Virus record (IMG/VR): IMGVR_UViG_3300010356_001624
Location: 1-64,000 of that record
Direction: 5' to 3' (one strand)
DNA length: 64,000 nt
Origin: a virus
Taxonomy: Duplodnaviria > Heunggongvirae > Uroviricota > Caudoviricetes
This document shows, one piece after another, positions 59,743-64,000 of this stretch. Position 1 is the stretch's first letter. The number at the start of each line of letters is the position of its first letter. A model generated the notes under the pieces. The model saw only the letters and a list, made by a program, of their open reading frames with translations. It made no database searches and had not been told where the DNA came from. Made by a program: the position numbers and the translations under genes.

Positions 59743-60436
59743 TAAAGTAGATATTTACATTGCATCTTTATGGCGACAAGGACATGTTGTAAATACAGTA
59801 AATTCAATATTGCTTAATCCAGAAGCGGAAAAAATTACTATATCATGTAATTTGTATACTGATGAACAATGGGGATATGTTAATAATGAGTTGAGAAATT
59901 CAAAAATTAAATTACATAGAACAAACAATGAAAAATGTAGTAATGAAAAATTAAAATATATAAATAACGGTAATAGCCCATATATTGCGTTAATTGATGA
60001 TGATTTAATTTATCCTTCGGATTATTTAAAAAAATTAATTGATGGTTGTGAAAAATATCAAGGACACGTATCATTACATGGGGTAATATTAAATCCAAGA
60101 CCAATTAGGTCATATTATCATAATAGAATAGTATATAGAGGTTTAGGAAATGTGAATGAAGATGTTAAAGTAGATATTATTGGTAGTGGAACATTATTAT
60201 TTAAACGTGAATGGTATGATGATTTGGATGAATGGTATGATAGGTGTAGTAATGTATCAATGGATGATATTTATGTTAGTTTTTTTGCAAGAAGTAAAAA
60301 CATTCCAAGATATGTTTTAGCACATAAAGAAGGATATTTAAAACATAAAGAAATAAAAAAAGAAGATAATTATGTTTTTGATAAATATGTAAATAATGAT
60401 AAGGTACAAACAGATTTTATAAATATTTATTTTTAA
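59729..60436 (+). CDS. glycosyltransferase-like protein with a DxD motif
   Basis: IALIDDDLIYPSDYLKKLIDG resembles a GT-A DXD segment. Confidence 0.4.
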   Translation: MIMNSKVDIYIASLWRQGHVVNTVNSILLNPEAEKITISCNLYTDEQWGYVNNELRNSKIKLHRTNNEKCSNEKLKYINNGNSPYIALIDDDLIYPSDYLKKLIDGCEKYQGHVSLHGVILNPRPIRSYYHNRIVYRGLGNVNEDVKVDIIGSGTLLFKREWYDDLDEWYDRCSNVSMDDIYVSFFARSKNIPRYVLAHKEGYLKHKEIKKEDNYVFDKYVNNDKVQTDFINIYF

Positions 60437-60446
60437 TATAATTAAC

Positions 60447-61031
60447 ATGCCTTTTGAAAGTAAAAAATATTGGATTGATAGGTATGCAACACATGGTGGT
60501 AATTCTGGTGTTGGTTCTTATGGAATATATGCCGAATATAAAGCAAATATTATAAATAAATTTTTTATTGATTATAATATTGAAACTGTTTTGGAATTGG
60601 GATGTGGTGATGGTAATCAATTATCTTATTTAAAACCAAAAAAATACTATGATTATGATATTAGTGATTTTGTAATTAGTAAAAATAAAAAAAGATTTAA
60701 TGGCTCTAATTATTTTTTTACTACAAATTTAGATGAATTGAAATCAAAAAAATTTGATGTGGTTTTATCTTTGGATGTTATTTACCATTTAATAGAAGAT
60801 AATAATTATTATGAATATATGAAAAATTTATTTTTCTTTTCTAAAAAATATGTAATTATATATTCAACAAATAATAATAATAATTGGTTGTCTGAACATT
60901 GTAAAAATAGAATTTTTATGAATGATATTTCAAATAATTTTAAATTAATTAATAAAATTGATAATCCATTAAAAGGAGAAAATACACAATCTGATTTTTA
61001 TTTTTTTAAAAATGAAAAGAACGAGATATAA
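60447..61031 (+). CDS. class I SAM-dependent methyltransferase
   Basis: VLELGCGDGNQLSYL is motif I (E/DxGxGxG); VVLSLDVIYHL is the motif II/post-I acidic strand. Confidence 0.65.
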   Translation: MPFESKKYWIDRYATHGGNSGVGSYGIYAEYKANIINKFFIDYNIETVLELGCGDGNQLSYLKPKKYYDYDISDFVISKNKKRFNGSNYFFTTNLDELKSKKFDVVLSLDVIYHLIEDNNYYEYMKNLFFFSKKYVIIYSTNNNNNWLSEHCKNRIFMNDISNNFKLINKIDNPLKGENTQSDFYFFKNEKNEI

Positions 61032-61917
61032 CATAAAAAAACAAATAAAGAAAAAGATTAATAATACTATAACTAAGAAAAATATAGTAATAAATAATCT
61101 AAATAAAAAAAATAACATTAATTTAAATTCTGATAAAATATATGAAAATAAAAAATCAGAATCAAAATATAATTTTCCTAATATTGTTGAAAATAAAAAA
61201 ATAGAATCGAAAAACGATATTATTAACATAATTGAAAATAAAATAAAAAACTATGATTTGATTGATAATTTAAATCCAAAAATATTATTTTTAATTTCAA
61301 ATTATGAAAGAGAAGAAATGTTAAAACAATTAATTTCAGAAATTAAAACAATAAATGCGGATTATATTATATTTGATGATGTATCATCATATAAAATTGA
61401 TGACCCGAATGTGATTATTAATGATTATCATAGAGGAAAGGGTGATTATTGGAAAACTTTTGATGATATGTTTAAATATTGCAAGGAAAATTATTATGAT
61501 ATATATGTTTTTACACCTAATGATTTTTTAAATTATAAATTTGATAAAATTATAACATATGGTGTTAATTTAAGAAATTATGAATATATATTTAATATTA
61601 TAAATGATGGTAGAAAATCTTGTTGGGTTGGTATTGAAGAAAAAATTTTAAATAATAAAATAAAATTATCGTTTTTTACTGATTGTGGATTTTTTACTAA
61701 TTATAAAACACTTAGTTTATTAGAATTTAAAATGAATAAAATTAATTTAAAACCCATTCCAAATCGAGGGTCTTTTGTTGGAGAACAACTTACAAGAAGA
61801 TTGGTAAACCTAAAAGTGCCAATATTTACACCTATTAAAAGTTTTGCATATCATGGTGACCATGAATCATTAATGAATCCTGAAGTTAGAAAAATTCATA
61901 AAATAATTTCATTATAA
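61012..61917 (+). CDS. hypothetical protein, possibly GT-A-like, with an Asn/Lys-rich N-terminus
   Basis: ILFLISNYEREEMLKQLISEI...IIFDDVSSY weakly resembles a GT2 N-terminus plus DxD motif. Confidence 0.35.
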   Translation: MKRTRYNIKKQIKKKINNTITKKNIVINNLNKKNNINLNSDKIYENKKSESKYNFPNIVENKKIESKNDIINIIENKIKNYDLIDNLNPKILFLISNYEREEMLKQLISEIKTINADYIIFDDVSSYKIDDPNVIINDYHRGKGDYWKTFDDMFKYCKENYYDIYVFTPNDFLNYKFDKIITYGVNLRNYEYIFNIINDGRKSCWVGIEEKILNNKIKLSFFTDCGFFTNYKTLSLLEFKMNKINLKPIPNRGSFVGEQLTRRLVNLKVPIFTPIKSFAYHGDHESLMNPEVRKIHKIISL

Positions 61918-61922
61918 AAAGA

Positions 61923-62606
61923 ATGAATATGAAAAATAATGTTGTTATAAAAAATTTTAAATATGATAATTTTCAATATTCATTTAAAGGAGTTGAAAAT
62001 GAACATATTTTTAAACAAATACCTTGGTATGAACAAGAATTATTAGAATATATTAGTAATTTAAATTTAAATGGTGTTTATGTTGATGTTGGTGGTAATA
62101 TAGGAAATCATTCATTATTTTTTGCCAATCATTGTAATTCAACAAAATTATATATATTTGAACCAGAAAATTTTTGTTTTAACATTTTAAATGAGAATTT
62201 ATCAAAAAATTCAAAAAAACAATATGTTTTAAGAAATATTGTTTTATGGAACAAAAAAGATGAATTAAATTTAATTAAATATGAAACATATCAAAATACT
62301 GGAATATCGAAAGTAATTGAAAAAAATAAAAACAATGACAATTTATTATTTATAATTTCAAATACATTGGATGATGAAATTTCATTAAATGAAAATGTTG
62401 TGTTGATTAAAATAGATACTGAAGGTGCTGAAAGAAAAATACTTGATGGTGGTATAAATTTAATAAAAAACAAATTACCTGTTATTATTTGTGAAGCAGC
62501 AACAAGTGAAGAATTTAAAGAAATTGATGATTTTTTAAAACCTTTGGGATATAAAACACCCACAAGAAGATTTAATGCAACACCAACATATATTTGGGTT
62601 TGTTAA
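61923..62606 (+). CDS. FkbM-family methyltransferase
   Basis: YVDVGGNIGNHSLFFANH and IKIDTEGAERKILDGG match FkbM methyltransferase motifs. Confidence 0.72.
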   Translation: MNMKNNVVIKNFKYDNFQYSFKGVENEHIFKQIPWYEQELLEYISNLNLNGVYVDVGGNIGNHSLFFANHCNSTKLYIFEPENFCFNILNENLSKNSKKQYVLRNIVLWNKKDELNLIKYETYQNTGISKVIEKNKNNDNLLFIISNTLDDEISLNENVVLIKIDTEGAERKILDGGINLIKNKLPVIICEAATSEEFKEIDDFLKPLGYKTPTRRFNATPTYIWVC

Positions 62607-62636
62607 ACTATATTTATTATGTAAAAAAATAATATT

Positions 62637-63392
62637 ATGGATAAAGTATTAGTTATTGGTGATAGTTGTATTGATGAATTTCAATATGGTGTTTGTGAAA
62701 GAATTAGTCCTGAAGCACCAGTGCCTATTTTTAAGAGTTTGTATGGTGTTCAATCTAGTGGTATGGCAAGTAATGTTAAAAATAATTTAGAAGGTTTAGG
62801 TATTTCGTGTGATATAATTACAAATACTATGGTAAAACCACATAAATTAAGATTTGTTGATAAAAAAACAAATCAAATGTTACTTAGGGTTGATGGTTAT
62901 GATAGGATTGTTGAAAAAGCAGAAGAATATTTAGTTAATATTAATTTTAATGATTATGATGCTATTGTAATTTCAGATTATGATAAAGGTTTTCTTACTG
63001 AAAATACTATAACAAATATAACAAATAAACACAAATTAGTTTTTTTAGATAGCAAAAAAAAGTTTGGAAAATGGGCAGATGGTATAGAATTCATAAAAGT
63101 TAATGAAAATGAGTTTAATAATAATTCAAAGTATTTAATTGATGATTTTAAGGGTGAATTAATTATTACCTTGGGGGATGAAGGTGCTAGACATAATGAT
63201 GTTTTATATCATGTTGAACAACAATATGCTATTATTAATTTAGCGGGTGCTGGTGATACTTTTTTTGCAGGTTTTGTGGCAAATTATTTAGAATTTGGAA
63301 ATATTCCAAAAGCAATTAATTTTGCAAATAAATGTGCTTCTTGGGTTGTTTCCCAAAAAGGTGTTGGTGTTATAAATAAAAGTAATATATGA
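62637..63392 (+). CDS. sugar kinase of the ribokinase/PfkB family, HldE/RfaE domain-I-like (D-glycero-D-manno-heptose-7-phosphate kinase-like)
   Basis: The N-terminus KVLVIGDSCIDEFQYGVCERISPEAPVPIF matches the RfaE domain-I signature (iLVvGDvmlDrYw.G.veRiSPEAPVPVv). NLAGAGDTFFAGF is the PfkB motif. Confidence 0.72.
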   Translation: MDKVLVIGDSCIDEFQYGVCERISPEAPVPIFKSLYGVQSSGMASNVKNNLEGLGISCDIITNTMVKPHKLRFVDKKTNQMLLRVDGYDRIVEKAEEYLVNINFNDYDAIVISDYDKGFLTENTITNITNKHKLVFLDSKKKFGKWADGIEFIKVNENEFNNNSKYLIDDFKGELIITLGDEGARHNDVLYHVEQQYAIINLAGAGDTFFAGFVANYLEFGNIPKAINFANKCASWVVSQKGVGVINKSNI

Positions 63393-63772
63393 TAAAAATT
63401 TTAAACATAAATGATTTGGATTTTGAATCTATTGTTGAGAAAAAATGGGGTCGTGAAATAATACTACATAATGATGAAAATTATTGTGGTAAAATACTTC
63501 AATTTAAATCTGGTTCTAAATTTAGTATGCATTACCATTTAAAAAAAGAAGAAACCTTTTATGTAAATAAAGGAAAATTAATATTAAATTATATTGATAC
63601 TAATGATGCTACTGAATATTCAAGAGAACTTAATATTGGTGATGTTATTCATATTGAACAGGGTGACCCACATCAAATAATAGCATTGGAAGATAGTGAA
63701 ATTATTGAAATATCAACACAACATTTTGATTTTGATAGTTATAGAATAAGAAAGGGTGATAGTCAATCATGA
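63389..63772 (+). CDS. cupin-fold protein (sugar epimerase/isomerase-like)
   Basis: WGRE...GKILQFKSGSKFSMHYHLKKEETFYVNKGKL...GDVIHIEQGDPHQI shows the cupin two-motif pattern (G..S.H.H...E and G.....P...H). Confidence 0.55.
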   Translation: MIKILNINDLDFESIVEKKWGREIILHNDENYCGKILQFKSGSKFSMHYHLKKEETFYVNKGKLILNYIDTNDATEYSRELNIGDVIHIEQGDPHQIIALEDSEIIEISTQHFDFDSYRIRKGDSQS

Positions 63773-64000
63773 TAATTTATGTAGATATTGATAATACAAT
63801 ATGTTATACGAATGGAAATGATTATGTTAATTCAATACCAAATTTTGAAAACATCAAAAAGGTAAATAAACTATATGATGATGGTAATATAATAATATAT
63901 TGGACAGGAAGGGGTATGAAAAGTGGTTTAGATTGGACTAATTTAACAAAAAAACAACTATCTGATTGGGGTTGTAAATATAATGAATTAATAATGAATA
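63769..64000 (+). CDS. HAD-superfamily phosphatase (GmhB-like?), 3'-truncated at the window edge
   Basis: MIIYVDIDNTIC carries HAD motif I (DxDxT). Its ATG overlaps the cupin stop codon (ATGA). Confidence 0.45.
   Translation, partial: MIIYVDIDNTICYTNGNDYVNSIPNFENIKKVNKLYDDGNIIIYWTGRGMKSGLDWTNLTKKQLSDWGCKYNELIMN

Noticed and set aside
1-64000. Eukaryotic giant virus (NCLDV/entomopoxvirus) origin, suggested by the extreme AT content and the large ORFs
   Set aside because: The gp23-type capsid protein, gp21 protease, gp17 terminase, contractile sheath, tail tube and tape measure protein are hallmarks of tailed bacteriophages.

Overview
Called by eye from the sequence and the supplied ORF track only; no searches were run. 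The window looks like a contiguous stretch of a very AT-rich tailed-phage (myovirus) genome or prophage, densely coding on both strands. A T4-type head-morphogenesis module is recognisable from motif-level similarity to T4 proteins: large terminase gp17-like (3104-5122), portal (5203-7209), prohead protease gp21-like (13982-14677), acidic repeat-rich scaffold (14756-16327) and major capsid protein gp23-like (16354-18036). A terminator hairpin and a GIY-YIG homing endonuclease follow the capsid gene. Synteny is not T4-like. A 1450-aa protein with an adjacent SLT lytic transglycosylase is inserted on the opposite strand between portal and protease. The contractile-tail genes sit elsewhere: sheath 38450-41203, tube 41670-42158, a gpV/gp5-like spike 42215-43126, tape measure 50950-53538 and a 1083-aa tail protein with an OmpA-like domain 53995-57246. 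Other content includes an SF1 helicase interrupted by two inteins (one carrying a LAGLIDADG endonuclease), a thyA-dUTPase-SPFH/band-7-KTSC operon, a lipoprotein, and two glycosylation loci (46641-49619 and 57628-64000). The second locus holds a tri-domain glycosyltransferase, two methyltransferases, an HldE/RfaE-type heptose-7-phosphate kinase, a cupin and a HAD phosphatase. A poly-T slippery site joins the gene upstream of the tape measure to a downstream -1 frame ORF, which resembles the lambda G/GT or P2 E/E' tail-chaperone frameshift. No rRNA, tRNA or CRISPR array was seen. Product names are motif-based inferences.
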